Of a DNA stretch of 64,000 nt, positions 1-12,286 are shown one piece after another; the stretch's first letter is position 1; each line of letters begins with the position of its first letter. The notes beneath the pieces are model-generated. The model ran no database searches and was not told the origin of the DNA. It saw only the letters and a list, made by a program, of their open reading frames with translations. A program made the position numbers and the translations under genes. Source of the DNA: Nemertoderma westbladi (lineage: Eukaryota; Animalia; Xenacoelomorpha); the NCBI GenBank assembly GCA_032718475.1, contig JAUCBJ010001840.1:38302-102301 (forward strand), read 5' to 3'.

Positions 1-600
1 TTTTGACCCCATAGAGACGCCATAGATAGGGGTCTGTTTGTGTGCAGATGTTCGGTAGGTCATTCGATTCTACTAAGAATAACAATGTTGCTAGAATACT
101 GTCAACGCTGTCAACGTCTTTAGTTTTTGACACTGCATGCCCAACTTTCACTGATTGAGTTCTATCTGATAGATAGCTACGTATCATTTCCCATAGTTTT
201 CCCCGAATTGCTAATTTTCATAATTTTAGTAGCACCGAACTATGAGATATAGAATCAAAAGCCTTTTGAAAGTCTAGATAAATTATTTCTACTGTTGAAT
301 CACATTATTTTCTATAGCGTGATATATTTTATCTAAAACCACAAGCAGTTGAAGAACGGGTGGCTGCTGTTTTTATTGCTGGCTTTTTGTAAACTGAGCG
401 GAAGAATTCGGAAAAAAAGGTCAGCTTGTTCTGCCGGTGTACATGCATGCGGTATACCCATTATAAGTTACAAGAGGTGGTATTGCATTGATGTTACGTA
501 AAGATTTGAAGTATTTATAGAGTTGTTGCATAGAGCGACTACTGGCTAGTTTTCATTCATGTTGAGCCTGGTCAGTTTCTAGATCCGTATTTATTTCGTG
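1..600 (-). pseudogene. Decayed CR1/L2-type LINE reverse transcriptase fragment
   Basis: Minus strand 283-251 reads IYLDFQKAFDS, a LINE RT motif; surrounding frames are broken. Boundaries approximate. Confidence 0.55.
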
Positions 601-818
601 TGGGGCGTGTTCCGGGAATGTACCCGGACCGCAGAAGGAAATCGGGAACTGGAATGTAGTTTTTAACACTCGGTCCTTTTATTCCAAACAAACGTAAACA
701 CATTTCCTGATAACCGGTATGAAATATCAACAAAGCGAGTACCGTAGACAACAGGCTAATGGGTGGTACTGCATGGAAAACACAGTATATTATCATAAGA
801 CAGGTACAGTATGACAAC

Positions 819-1581
819 TAGGGTGGTGCGTTTTTACTTTTTTTCGATTTCGTTGTTCTACCGGTGTGCAAAAGTTGCCAAATGGTAAAAAATTAAGGCA
901 AAAAAAATTTCTCTAAATTTCATCTATATCTTGACGGATTGAAATTTTGAGCCTTCGCGATGCACCACAATTAAAATTATAACAATATAACACATTAATG
1001 AAAGATTAATGACTCAAGAAAGAACTTCCAGCATGCATCAAATGTCATCAAATGGGTCCAAACTTAGTTAGATACCAAAATTATAATTTTTGGATCAAGG
1101 GAACTAGTGCTACATTTGGCGCAAGTGGTGATAATTCTTAATTTTCGCGATAGCCAACGTTGAGTTCTCCTACTGCATTAATATTATGCTCATTAGAACC
1201 GCAATGTCCGATTTAGTGGAGGTAGACAACTTCAAAACAAACGAAGAGCGAATAGTTCTTGAGATATTGCAGAAAATGTGAAGTCCGGCACAAGTCTACT
1301 TTACCACCTTGGTGCGATATTGACAAATCCTTTGTAAAAATTTAATTTTGAATTATCTCAAGGAATCAATAATAGACACATCACAGAAATGATCGATGTA
1401 TTGGGTGTCGACACCTTTAAAATAAGAGTAGAGTCATTAGTTCTTAAGTTATTTCACAAAATGTCAAGACTATATCCACCAATTAATACTTGATATTGAG
1501 TTGACCCATTCCACAAAATTTGTACAAAAACTATAGTGAATTAATCAGTACTCTTTAATTTTGAAGGTGTCTGTGTACACA
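819..1581 (+). mobile_element. Non-autonomous long-TIR DNA transposon (foldback/MITE): left arm plus centre, truncated
   Basis: Starts TAGGGTGGTGCGTTTTT. 819-~1400 is the reverse complement of the arm ending ...GCACCGCCCTA at 60376, and 1287-1581 matches 59466-59757 directly. Confidence 0.75.
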
Positions 1582-1589
1582 ATTATACT

Positions 1590-4500
1590 GTGTTATACTG
1601 TAAGCACTACAACTGATACTGCATGTAGGTAAAACACACTCCCTGCTCGGCCTTGGCCGAAAATTTACACAAAGGCATGGATATTGATCCATGAAATAAG
1701 TTCTAGAATAATGTTATATCATGTGAAAGACGGTGAGCACAATAGTTCAAAACATTCCATAAAATGGTATATAACCTAAATTATCCTAACAATATACAAA
1801 CACTTGTACAAATAATGCATATAAAGATAATGTATGATTCCTAAAACATTTCTTAATTAAAAGATCCCATGAGTTATGATTACTTCAATCCCTATCTTAA
1901 CCCTATCTAACCTATGACGATTAAACTATTATACTAAGTCAATTCCAAGTACTGTTCAAATAGATGAGTTTCAAGTTACTTAGTTATATTATTTATGGTG
2001 CCACAGCAGAACTAGCTCAGAGATTGGCTGGGGAAATATGGCTTGGGAGTCTTGTCCTTTCCAAGTCGGACCAGACGAATGGTTACTGAGCCCACTATGT
2101 TATCTCCACTGATCTTTACTGCGTTGACAATGCCTGTGGGCCAATTATTATGATGCAGGTTTTTCTCTCTTATAAGGACGAGGTCTCCAACTTCTAATGA
2201 GGTCTTTGGGTTCTTCCACTTACGCCGTGCCTGTAACGTTAACATATAATTATCTTTCCATCGAAACCAGAATTGATCCGCGAGATATTGCACTCATCGC
2301 CATCTACGTGACCCATATATGAGGATGTCAGACTTATGAAAGCTATCCATTTGTGGTGGTGGGTGTCCATCTTCCTTTAAGGTCAAGATCATGGATGGGT
2401 TAAGAGGTTGGGGATCAACAGGGTTTGTTGATACATCCCAGAGTGGTGTTGAATTGATAATTGCAGATGCTTCAACCAAGGCTGTATGTAACTTATCCCT
2501 AGCCAGCCTCTGGGGTCCCATGAGCATCAGAGTCAATCTAAAATCCTCCTTATGGATCCTATCTTCCTTTCCCAGCTGCCTCCAAAATGAGAAGCATGGG
2601 GAGGATTAAATTCCCACTTTACACCTCGATCTTTCAAATCATGTTCTATCGCTTCAAAATCGTTTTTTGCTTCATCCCATGTGCCTCTATAAAGTTTGAA
2701 CTTCTATCATTATGCAGGGTTCTGCATAAACCACGTATTCCTATAAATCGCCGAAGGGCATTCCTGAAGCTAGGTGTGTCCAACGAGAGCAATAATTCGA
2801 TATGCACTGCCCTACATACGAGGCAAGTTAGAAGGAGTGCCCATGTTTTCTGATTGCCTGTATTTTGTCATGTTGTTCTTCCCTCTGAAATCGTCCAGGG
2901 TCCAAATACATCAAGTCCGGTATTTGTGAATGGTGGGACTTGCTCAAGCCTATCTTTGGGCAGATCAGCCATTTGGTGGGATCCAAGTTCACCTCTCATC
3001 ATTTGGCAGAGGATACAGTTCTTAATGTAATCCTTGATGAGTGTTTGTCCCTTCAAGAGATGAAACCATGCACTACGGATGGCTCCATGAGTAAAACTTC
3101 TGCTAGGGGCTGTTTCTCTGGTATCAGACGGGGGTGTTGAGCATCAAAAGGGATATCTGCCCTTCTAATTCGACCACCAACCAGAGGTGTACCATTTGCG
3201 TTCAAGAAAGGTGCCAACTCTGCGATTGGATGTGATTCTGGAATGTGCCTTCCAGCTCTAAGCTCTCGCAGGATGTCAGGATAGCAATCCTTCTGAGCAT
3301 CCTGTACTAAAAATTCCTCTGCATCAGAGATAAATATAGGTGAGTTCATACATGTTGAACTGATAGTTTTAGATGGGTCCTTTTTGATTCGGATTCTCCT
3401 GAGGAGCATTCTACAAAACTTTAGGACCAGTTGTACAGCGGAAACGATTCTGGTCCACTACCCATTTTCTTGTAGATATGATAGAATACACATGTAGCCC
3501 TATGGCTTTGAAACTTACAAGTCATCAGGGCAGTTTTACCTCGATCTATGACAACTTCAGGTAGATCTTTCAAATCCAAAACACTATTCTCTGAACCAGT
3601 TTTGACCAAATGTATGGGAGAGTATTCTGCTCTAAGAAAATCACGGCCTTGGAGCCACTTAGAAGAACTCAAAGGAATAGGATCAGCTGGTCTTGATGCA
3701 ATATCTGCCGGGTTCAAACTAGATGGTATATAATTCCACTGAATTGGCATTCTAATCTGACAAATTATGTGGATTCGCCGTGAGATATATCTGCTAAAAC
3801 GAGCCTTTGAATTTGTTACATAGCCTAATATTACCATACTATCAGAGTAGTAGTAGATATTATGTGGTTTTTGATGTAGAGCATAATCAACTTCTCTACT
3901 GGCCACTGTAGCTTCTAGTGCAGCGCTAAGTTCCAACCTAGGTATGGATGTCCCACTATGTGGTGTTACCTTTGAGTTACCAGTCACAAAACCCACATAT
4001 ACTTCTCCACTTTTGTTGACTGATTTCATATAAATCACGTATCCAATACCTTTATCGGAGGCATCATAAAAAACATAAAGATCTTGCTATGTACAGACTC
4101 CAAAATATAGTGGACGGAATAGGGAGTTGATCCAGTGCCACTAAAGATAGTAGCCAGTCATCCCACTCCTTCCGGAAACGCATGGGAAGTTCCTTATCCC
4201 ATCCACAACTCTCTAGCTCTTCACACGAATCTGCTTTCCTTGGTAAGATAGAACGTTGTATTATCCGTCCAGCTAGGACAACAGGACTTGCTACACCTAT
4301 TGGATTAAATATTGAATTTATAGTTGAGAGTACCCCTCTCCTAGTAAGAGGTTTTTGTGGGATCTCAATTTTGAGAATAAAGCAGTCCAATCTTGTATCC
4401 AATGTAACCCCAAGTGTCCGTTGTAGATTGGACTCACTTATCTCAACACTCGTGGGATCACTTCCACATTCTGAAGGTGGAAATGCTGTTAACACATCCA

Positions 4501-6008
4501 CATGGCTTGATGCAATCTTATGTAGTCGGATATGGAATTGTGAAAGAGTTTGGATAGATCCTTGTAAGACTGATACTGCACCTTGGATACTAGTGGTTTC
4601 GTTGCATCATTTCCATCAAACCAATAAAACCGTAAGAAATCGCGGTGGTCTGGATCCACATGGAAACAATAGAACATTGCTTCCACATCTGCCTTGAATC
4701 CCACAGCTCCTTCTCGAAATCTTATCAATACATCTCTCAGAGGATTATTCTCATTGGGACCTTGTATCAGTTGCTCATTAAGACTAGTTCCATAATACTT
4801 TGTGGAACTATCAATATCAATAGAAAGGAAGAGGGACTTGGATCCAGCCATCACCATTTATCTTAATATTTGGTATTATCCTTTTCTCAAATAGAAGATC
4901 ATCCTGTGAGTGATTTCCCAGTTAATTCATCATCAGGGAGGTTTAAGAAAGGTTGTTTTTAATCATGCTCACTGACTCAGGAAGAGAATGGTAACTACAC
5001 TTGCTAAAGGTTGGCACACTCTCCAGGTGGTTATCTGAACATATATGCAGTGTGGTAGATGTGGATGATTTGCGGGTAGAATGGGGACATGTTTGGCCAG
5101 CAATTTCCCACCCTAAAGGTGTCTTATGAAGAATTGGTGGTATACTACCATAGGTTTTTGTGGGAAGTAATTCACTACAATCACGACCAAGGAGAATGAG
5201 TGTTTCAGCTAAATCATCTCTTACTGGAAACCTATTTGCAGAGTTTTGGATATGTGGGAGACTTTTTATTATTTCAGGAGTAGCAATATCATTTCTTGCT
5301 TCAGGAATCCCCGCATTTGTATACAGTGGTGGAAGATAGAAGCTCCTAGATTCGGTAACCCCTTTAATTTCTACATACCTGAAACCTGGAACTGTGACTG
5401 TGTTAAAGTTGAAATCGTGTAATCATATGTTGGAGCTTTGATACCTAAGAATTCGGTAACTTTGGATCTATGTAAGACGAGTTAGATTGTTTGTATATAC
5501 TCTCAATTTCGTGTCTGAATGGTCTGGAGCTTTGAGATCCACCAAAAAGATTTTGCTGAAACTCTGATTTTCGATTCCACATTGCGCAATACAGTGAGTT
5601 TGTTTGTCATTTGTCTTATTAACATTTGGTGGTCTTGGCTGTTTGTTCTGAGCCTGAGATATGTGTATGTGTATAAAATGTGCATAAATGTGTATGACTG
5701 ACACATGGTCTGACTTTTTACAGATTGATCAGAATGTTTCTTCTCTGCATCTACTCTTGAAATGTTCACCGAGACATTTGTAACAAAGACGGTTTTGACG
5801 AATAAACTGTTGTTTCTCTTCTATCTTTAGGGTGCCAAAGTCATGACATTCTTGGAGTGGATGACCTCTTCGATTGTGGAATATACACATAGGTTTTTCT
5901 GTTTCCTTCTGTTTTCTGTTCTGTTTTCCTTTTCGGAGTCTTATCAATCTCAGTTTTTAAAGTTGTATAGCTGGCTCCTTGAGCGTAGCCAGTCGCCTAC
6001 ATAGGTAG
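1590..6008 (-). mobile_element. Bel1: decayed, 5'-truncated Bel/Pao LTR retrotransposon
   Basis: Fragments in Bel order: Gag knuckles CIFHNRRGHPLQEC/CYKCLGEHFKSRC (5729-5947), RT SLNEQLIQGP..RFREGAVGFKADVEAMF (4489-4857), RNase H SIPRLELSAA..YSDS..NPADIASR (3421-4038), integrase CILC..GLDVFGP and FWFRWKDNY..WPTG (2012-3056). Many stops and frameshifts; the LTR boundary near 1590 is uncertain. Confidence 0.9.
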
Positions 6009-8524
6009 TGAGTAAGAGAAGGACCGAGCGCCAAAGGATACTAGGTTGTAACGGGGTATTCTTATTAAAAACGACAGGTGCTGAGTAAGAGAAGGAGCGA
6101 ACGCCAACTGATACTAGGTTGTAATGGGGTATTTCTATTAAAAACGACAGGTGCTGCTTATGAGAAGGAGCGAGCGCCAAAGAATACTAGGTTGTAACGG
6201 GGTATTTCTATTAAAAACAACAGGTGCTGAGTATGAGAAGGAGCTAGTGCCAAAGGGTACTAGGTTATAACAGGGTATTTCTATTAAAAACGACAGGTGC
6301 TGAGTAAGAGAAGGAGCGAGCACCAAAGGATACTAGGTTAAAAACGACAGTTGCTGAGTAAGAGGATGAGTGAGCGCCAAAGTATACTAGATTGTAACAG
6401 GGTATTTCTAATAAAAACGACAGGTGCTGAGTACGAGAAGGAGCAAGCACCAAAGGATACTAGGTTAAAAACGACAGTTGCTGAGTAAGAGGAGGAGTGA
6501 GCGCCAAAGGATACTAGGTTGTAACAGGGTATTTCTAATAAAAACGACAGGTGCTGAATACGAGAAGGAGTGAGTGCCAAAGGGTTACTAGGTTGTAACA
6601 GGGTATTTCTATTAAAAACGACAGGTGCTGAGTAAGAGAAGGAGCGAGCACCAAAGGATACTAGGTTAAAAACGACAGTTGCTGAGTAAGAGGAGGAGTG
6701 AGCGCCAAAGGATACTAGGTTGTAATTGTAATGGGGTATTTTTATTAAAAACGACAGGTGCTGAGTAAGAGAAGGAGCGAGCGCCAACTGATACTAGGTT
6801 GTAACGGGGTATTTCTATTAAAAACGACAGGTGCTGCTTATGAGAAGGAGCGAGCGCCAAAGAATACTAGGTTGTAACGGGGTATTTCTATTAAAAACAA
6901 CAGGTGCTGAGTACGAGAAGGTGCGAGCGCCAAAGGGTACTAGGTTATAACAGGGTATTTCTATTAAAAACGACAGGTGCTGAGTAAGAGAAGGAGCGAG
7001 CACCAAAGGATACTAGGTTAAAAACGACAGTTGCTGAGTAAGAGGAGGAGTGAGCGCCAAAGGATACTAGGTTGTAACGGGGTATTTCTAATAAAAACGA
7101 CAGGTGCTGAGTAAGAGAAGGAGCGAGCACCAAAGGATACTAGGTTAAAAACGACAGTTGCTGAGTAAGAGGAGGAGTGAGCGCCAAAGGATACTAGGTT
7201 GTAACGGGGTATTTTTATTAAAAACGATGGGTGCTGAGTAAGAGGAGGAGTGAGCGCCAAAGGATACTAGGTTGTAACGGGGTATTTCTAATAAAAACGA
7301 CAGGTGCTGAATACGAGAAGGAGTGAGTGCCAAAGGGTTACTAGGTTGTAACAGGGTATTTCTATTAAAAACGACAGGTGCTGAGTAAGTGAAGGAGCGA
7401 GCACCAAAGGATACTAGGTTAAAAACGACAGTTGCTGAGTAAGAGGAGGAGTGAGCGCCAAAGGATACTAGGTTGTAACGGGGTATTTCTAATAAAAACG
7501 ACAGGTGCTGAGTACGAGAAGGAGCGAGCACCAAAGGATACTAGGTTGTAATGGGGTATTTTTATTAAAAACGATAGGTGCTGAGTAACAGAAGGAGCGA
7601 GTGCCAAAGGATACAAGGTTGTAACGGGGTATTTCTATTAAAAACAACAGGTGCTGAGTACGAGAAGGGTACTAGGTTATAACAGGGTATTTCTATTAAA
7701 AACGACAGGTGCTGAGTAAGAGAAAGAGCGAGCACCAAAGGATACTAGGTTAAAAACGACAGTTGCTGAGTAAGAGGAGGAGTGAGCGCCAAAGGATACT
7801 AGGTTGTAACAGGGTATTTCTAATAAAAACGACAGGTGCTGAGTACGAGAAGGAGCGAGCACCAAAGGATACTATGTTAAAAACGACAGTTGCTGAGTAA
7901 GAGGATGAGTGAGCGCCAAAGGATACTAGATTGTAACAGGGTATTTCTAATAAAAACGACAGGTGCTGAGTTAAAAACGACAGTTGCTGAGTAAGAGGAG
8001 TGAGCGCCAAAGGATACTAGGTTGTAACGGGGTATTTTTATTAAAAACGATAGGTGCTGAGTAACAGAAGGAGCGAGTGCCAAAGGATACAAGGTTGTAA
8101 CGGGGTATTTCTATTAAAAACAACAGGTGCTGAGTACGAGAAGGAGCGAGCACCAAAGGATACTAGGTTAAAAACGACAGTTGCTGAGTAAGAGGAGGAG
8201 TGAGCGCCAAAGGATACTAGGTTGTAACAGGGTATTTCTAATAAAAACGACAGGTGCTGAGTACGAGAAGGAGCGAGCACCAAAGGATACTATGTTAAAA
8301 ACGACAGTTGCTGAGTAAGAGGATGAGTGAGCGCCAAAGGATACTAGATTGTAACAGGGTATTTCTAATAAAAACGACAGGTGCTGAGTTAAAAACGACA
8401 GTTGCTGAGTAAGAGGAGTGAGCGCCAAAGGATACTAGGTTGTAACGGGGTATTTCTAATAAAAACGACAGGTGCTGAATACGAGAAGGAGTGAGTGCCA
8501 AAGGGTTACTAGGTTGTAACAGGG
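6009..8524. repeat. 73-bp satellite array, left part, with 54-bp deletion variants
   Basis: Unit GGTGCTGAGTAAGAGAAGGAGCGAGCGCCAAAGGATACTAGGTTGTAACGGGGTATTTCTATTAAAAACGACA; the variant lacks GTAACGGGGTATTTCTATT. Confidence 0.98.
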
Positions 8525-9126
8525 TATCACGTTGGCTAAAAGAATCCTTTGTGAAGATTCTATAGCCGGGAAGGAAATAAGGAGGGCCGGTTGCGGTACT
8601 CCAAGTATTTCTTCCCCTGGGCCACGTGTAAGCCTTGACTGGGCTGATAATTCTAGAGCTACTTTTATAAGGATGTCCAAACCTCCCAAACAGACTCCAG
8701 GCTCTCCCTGCACCTTAATATAAATACCCAAACTGCCAAACCCAATAGAGTTACCTGATTGCCAAAGTTACCTTGCTCGCTTGACCGCGAGTGAAGCCCC
8801 TCCCCACGGCGGAATAGAGTGACGGAAATATAAGTTGTAACCAACGATATAATAGAGAACGGACGACGGACCCGGTGACCTGGTGGATTGTTCTAGGCGC
8901 TGGTGAGTAATGTTGTTTGTTATTGTAGGATTGGGAACAAATCCCATAAGAACTTTATGAATTCTCCCAGTCAGTAGTTAGCAGTACTGCAGTATGCCTA
9001 CATCGGTAGGCTACTCTCTGTGTTGCAGGAGTAGTGCAGTCGTGTCCTGTCACTTCTGCTGTCTGCTATCTGATGGATACCGGAAGTGTCATTTTGTCAT
9101 TTCACAGGCCACCAGGTGACGTCATA
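8525..9126 (-). repeat. Bel2 3' LTR
   Basis: Direct repeat of 20034-20635; sense termini TATGACGT...ACGTGATA. Confidence 0.97.
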
Positions 9127-9136
9127 CCGCTCCCTA
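9127..9136 (-). other. Bel2 polypurine tract
   Basis: Sense TAGGGAGCGG directly abuts the 3' LTR. Confidence 0.75.
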
Positions 9137-10554
9137 AAAAATTTATTTATAAATTATTTATAAACAAAAAGGAAACTGGTGGTACAATATGGTGTATATA
9201 TTTTGAGTTGGAACTCAAATTAATTAACTATCAATAAGGGAATATAAACTAAGAAAGGCATTTAATTTACTTATTGCACCGTTATTACAACAACAACAAA
9301 AATTTCTAAAAATTTACGATTGAGTATGATTAACTCGAAATGAAATACTTAGTACTTGCTGGCTCCCATTTAGGCAAGGTTTCTCTAGGTAATGTTTGCT
9401 GAATATGCTGATCCAGTAAACACTATTGCACTATATGTATAACTTAATATATATTCTTAGAATAATAACATGATTAATATAATGGACTTTCTGAATAAAA
9501 CTATATTACCGGCAAGTAAAGTTATCATATCAAAGAAATTATCAACAAACCAAGTATTAACAATATAAACATTTCAACGCCAAATTAATCAAACTTCTGA
9601 AATTCTAATAGACTCCGTTTTCGGGGACTGACTCCTGAAGGTCATTCACCCGGTGTTTTTCCCGTCTGCAGGCAATTTCCAAGGAAAGGTTGAGATAATT
9701 ATTTGGTTCACCAGTAAGATAGATAACGAGTCACCCATCACGTCACGCAGATCCGATCCGTCTAGGTATATATAGGTCTAGCATCGGTCCAACGAAACAT
9801 CTTTGTCCCAGGACGTCTGTGGTTCCGTAGCCTAGGTAAATAGCCGTTGCCGTGGGGGGGGGGGGGGGGGGGGGGGGTCAAATGGAGTATTCCAAAGTTG
9901 GCGATAAGGCAATTAGTCCCTCACCCACCGTTCGATTCCCCCCAATAATAATAAACCCATAGAGATAGCCTGGGTTTTTCTATATTATTATTATGTTATA
10001 TAGTATCACACTGTTTCATAATCAAAATCAATCCAATCAGGCGATTACCTCTTAAAATGTAAAAGTAATCAAATTGGTGATAACTTAAATTCACCAAACT
10101 GAAACCAAGAGGAAGAATAACTTCAGAGATTAATTATTTTTTAATTAATCAAACAGTTTTAGTTATAATAAATGTTATTTTTATTTTTTAAACACTCCGA
10201 CCCTCCTTCGGTCTAAAATGTATTTTATTAAGTCATTAAATTTTTCTCGAATTACTTTTGAAGGTTGATCATTAATTAAAAATTTTATCGTTAACTATAA
10301 ATTCAACAAATCTCAATAAATTTAAATAAATTTAAATTTATTACCGGAATTATGTTTATATGTCTCTATGGATGTCATATTTTGTTCTAATTCATGCGCT
10401 AGTTTCTTAGATCAGATAAATATGAACATCATACGATCTATTCATACTAAACATACAACGCATTATAATACACACATTCTTTGCTATATTAAATCGGTTA
10501 TCTGTATACAGTTTCAGTTAATAAGTAGAATCATTAAAGTTATTAACACGGCAT

Positions 10555-12285
10555 TTACGGTTTATGTTTGTCAACAGATTTCCGTTGGGTATTTGTTGTA
10601 ATATTACTAAGGATCCACGGCTGATTATGTTGAAGAGGCTGAAATTGACCATATATACCTGTCTTCTCTGAGTCTTGTTCAAGGAGGCATAATTTCTGTA
10701 TCAGTCTTTCGAGAATACTCCCATTCTGCGTCTTCAATTTAGCGCTTCTGACTAAGCCATCGCCACTGTAGTTAGGTTCTAAGACAGTAGCTGTAAGCCA
10801 ATCCCGCCGTGGCCGTACAGGGTCATGAATTAAGACGATATCACCAATATTTAGATTTGGTCGTTGGCAAAACCACTTCGATCTTAGGCGTTGAGAAGGT
10901 AAATAGTCAATCAACCAATTGTTCCAGAATCGTTGAGTCAGGAGTTGAAGAACTTTCCAGGTGCGTCGGGAATGAAGATCATTATCCTCCATTTCGGATA
11001 TTGGTATCGTAATGGCTGGTTTAGAGAAGAGGAAATGTGCTGGAGTGAGAGCTTCAGCTGATTCAGAAGATTGCGAAATACGTGTTAATGGTCGGTTGTT
11101 CAAAACTAATTCGATCTGAGCCAACAATGTGCGCAACGCCTCATCATCCAAATACGTGTAAGTCTCATCCTCGGGCAACAGTTTGTAGAAAGCTTGTTTG
11201 ACACTTTGTACCAGCCTTTCATAAGTTCCCCCATACCAAGGAGCGTGGGGTGGAGTAAAGTACCAGTCTATGAGGTTTATTTGATGATTATCAAGAAGCT
11301 CGTGTAGCGATTGCGTATTCCACTCATTGATATTATTACGAAGCTCTTTCTCGGCTGCTACGAAGTTTCCTCCATTATCAGAGGTGATATGATGTGGTTG
11401 TCCGCGCCGTGCGATCAATCTGGACAATGCGGACAAAAACGAACCCATGTTAGCTTGATACAAAACGTCCAGATGGATCGCCCTTGTAGTCATACATACC
11501 GCCAATAAGCCCCATCGTTTGACAGTAGTTCTGGCGCGCTTAACTAATATCGGGCCAAACATATCCACTCCACAATTGGTAAATGCTGGCTCATATGCCG
11601 CCATCCGAACGTTGGGTAGATCTCCCATCTGTTGCTTCATCAGTGGTGAGTTGTATCTCCGGCAGTGAAGACAATTGCGCATAACATTCCGTAGATACTT
11701 CCAGGGTGAAACTAGAAAATAGTGTTGTCTCAAATGACTCAAGATATGGTCTCTTCCTGAGTGATTAAGTTCAAGGTGAGTGTCATGAAATAATTGTTCC
11801 AAGAGGAGTGGTTCGCGCAACATGATAGGATGTATAGTGTCATAGGACACTGGAGCCATTGTTAGGCGTGTTTGAACTCGAATAATCCCATTTGACATGA
11901 TTGTGGCAACATGCTGAGGGGGGATAGGGTTATTATGTTGATGTTTCAAAAAAAGTTCTGGATCTGCTATTCTTTGTGAGAGGCGAAGTCTCATTTGTAA
12001 ACTGGTCCTTAGTTCTTCTAGTGTTAATGGACCAAAAAATCTAAGAGGTTTCTCGGTCGTATTGGGATTCTTTTGTCGCCAACAATACCAATGTGCCATG
12101 CGGCGAATGTAGCAAATATCCCGAATCGAGGCACGAAGACTTTGCTGACTGCTCAGAAGTCTTTTCAACCAAGGATGCAATCCTTTGTCTAAGTTTGGAA
12201 ATTTAATCTCTTTACTTGAACCTCTGGGAATTGGGGTAGGATCATCTTCAACATTTATTATTGTATTGGTTTCTCCTGAAATCAA
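10555..12285 (-). CDS. Bel2 Pol C-terminal part (integrase), separated from the polyprotein by a 1-nt frameshift
   Basis: HHCC (HLELNHSG..CLHC) and DDE core GVDMFGP/SDNGGNF/GGTYERLV; removing one G from the G8 run at 12295-12302 joins it to the upstream ORF. Confidence 0.93.
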   Translation of the reverse strand: MISGETNTIINVEDDPTPIPRGSSKEIKFPNLDKGLHPWLKRLLSSQQSLRASIRDICYIRRMAHWYCWRQKNPNTTEKPLRFFGPLTLEELRTSLQMRLRLSQRIADPELFLKHQHNNPIPPQHVATIMSNGIIRVQTRLTMAPVSYDTIHPIMLREPLLLEQLFHDTHLELNHSGRDHILSHLRQHYFLVSPWKYLRNVMRNCLHCRRYNSPLMKQQMGDLPNVRMAAYEPAFTNCGVDMFGPILVKRARTTVKRWGLLAVCMTTRAIHLDVLYQANMGSFLSALSRLIARRGQPHHITSDNGGNFVAAEKELRNNINEWNTQSLHELLDNHQINLIDWYFTPPHAPWYGGTYERLVQSVKQAFYKLLPEDETYTYLDDEALRTLLAQIELVLNNRPLTRISQSSESAEALTPAHFLFSKPAITIPISEMEDNDLHSRRTWKVLQLLTQRFWNNWLIDYLPSQRLRSKWFCQRPNLNIGDIVLIHDPVRPRRDWLTATVLEPNYSGDGLVRSAKLKTQNGSILERLIQKLCLLEQDSEKTGIYGQFQPLQHNQPWILSNITTNTQRKSVDKHKP

Positions 12286-12286
12286 C

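Noticed and set aside
9872-9943. tRNA-like GGGGGG...GTTCGATTCCCCCCA
   Set aside because: T-stem, D-arm and anticodon arm do not pair.
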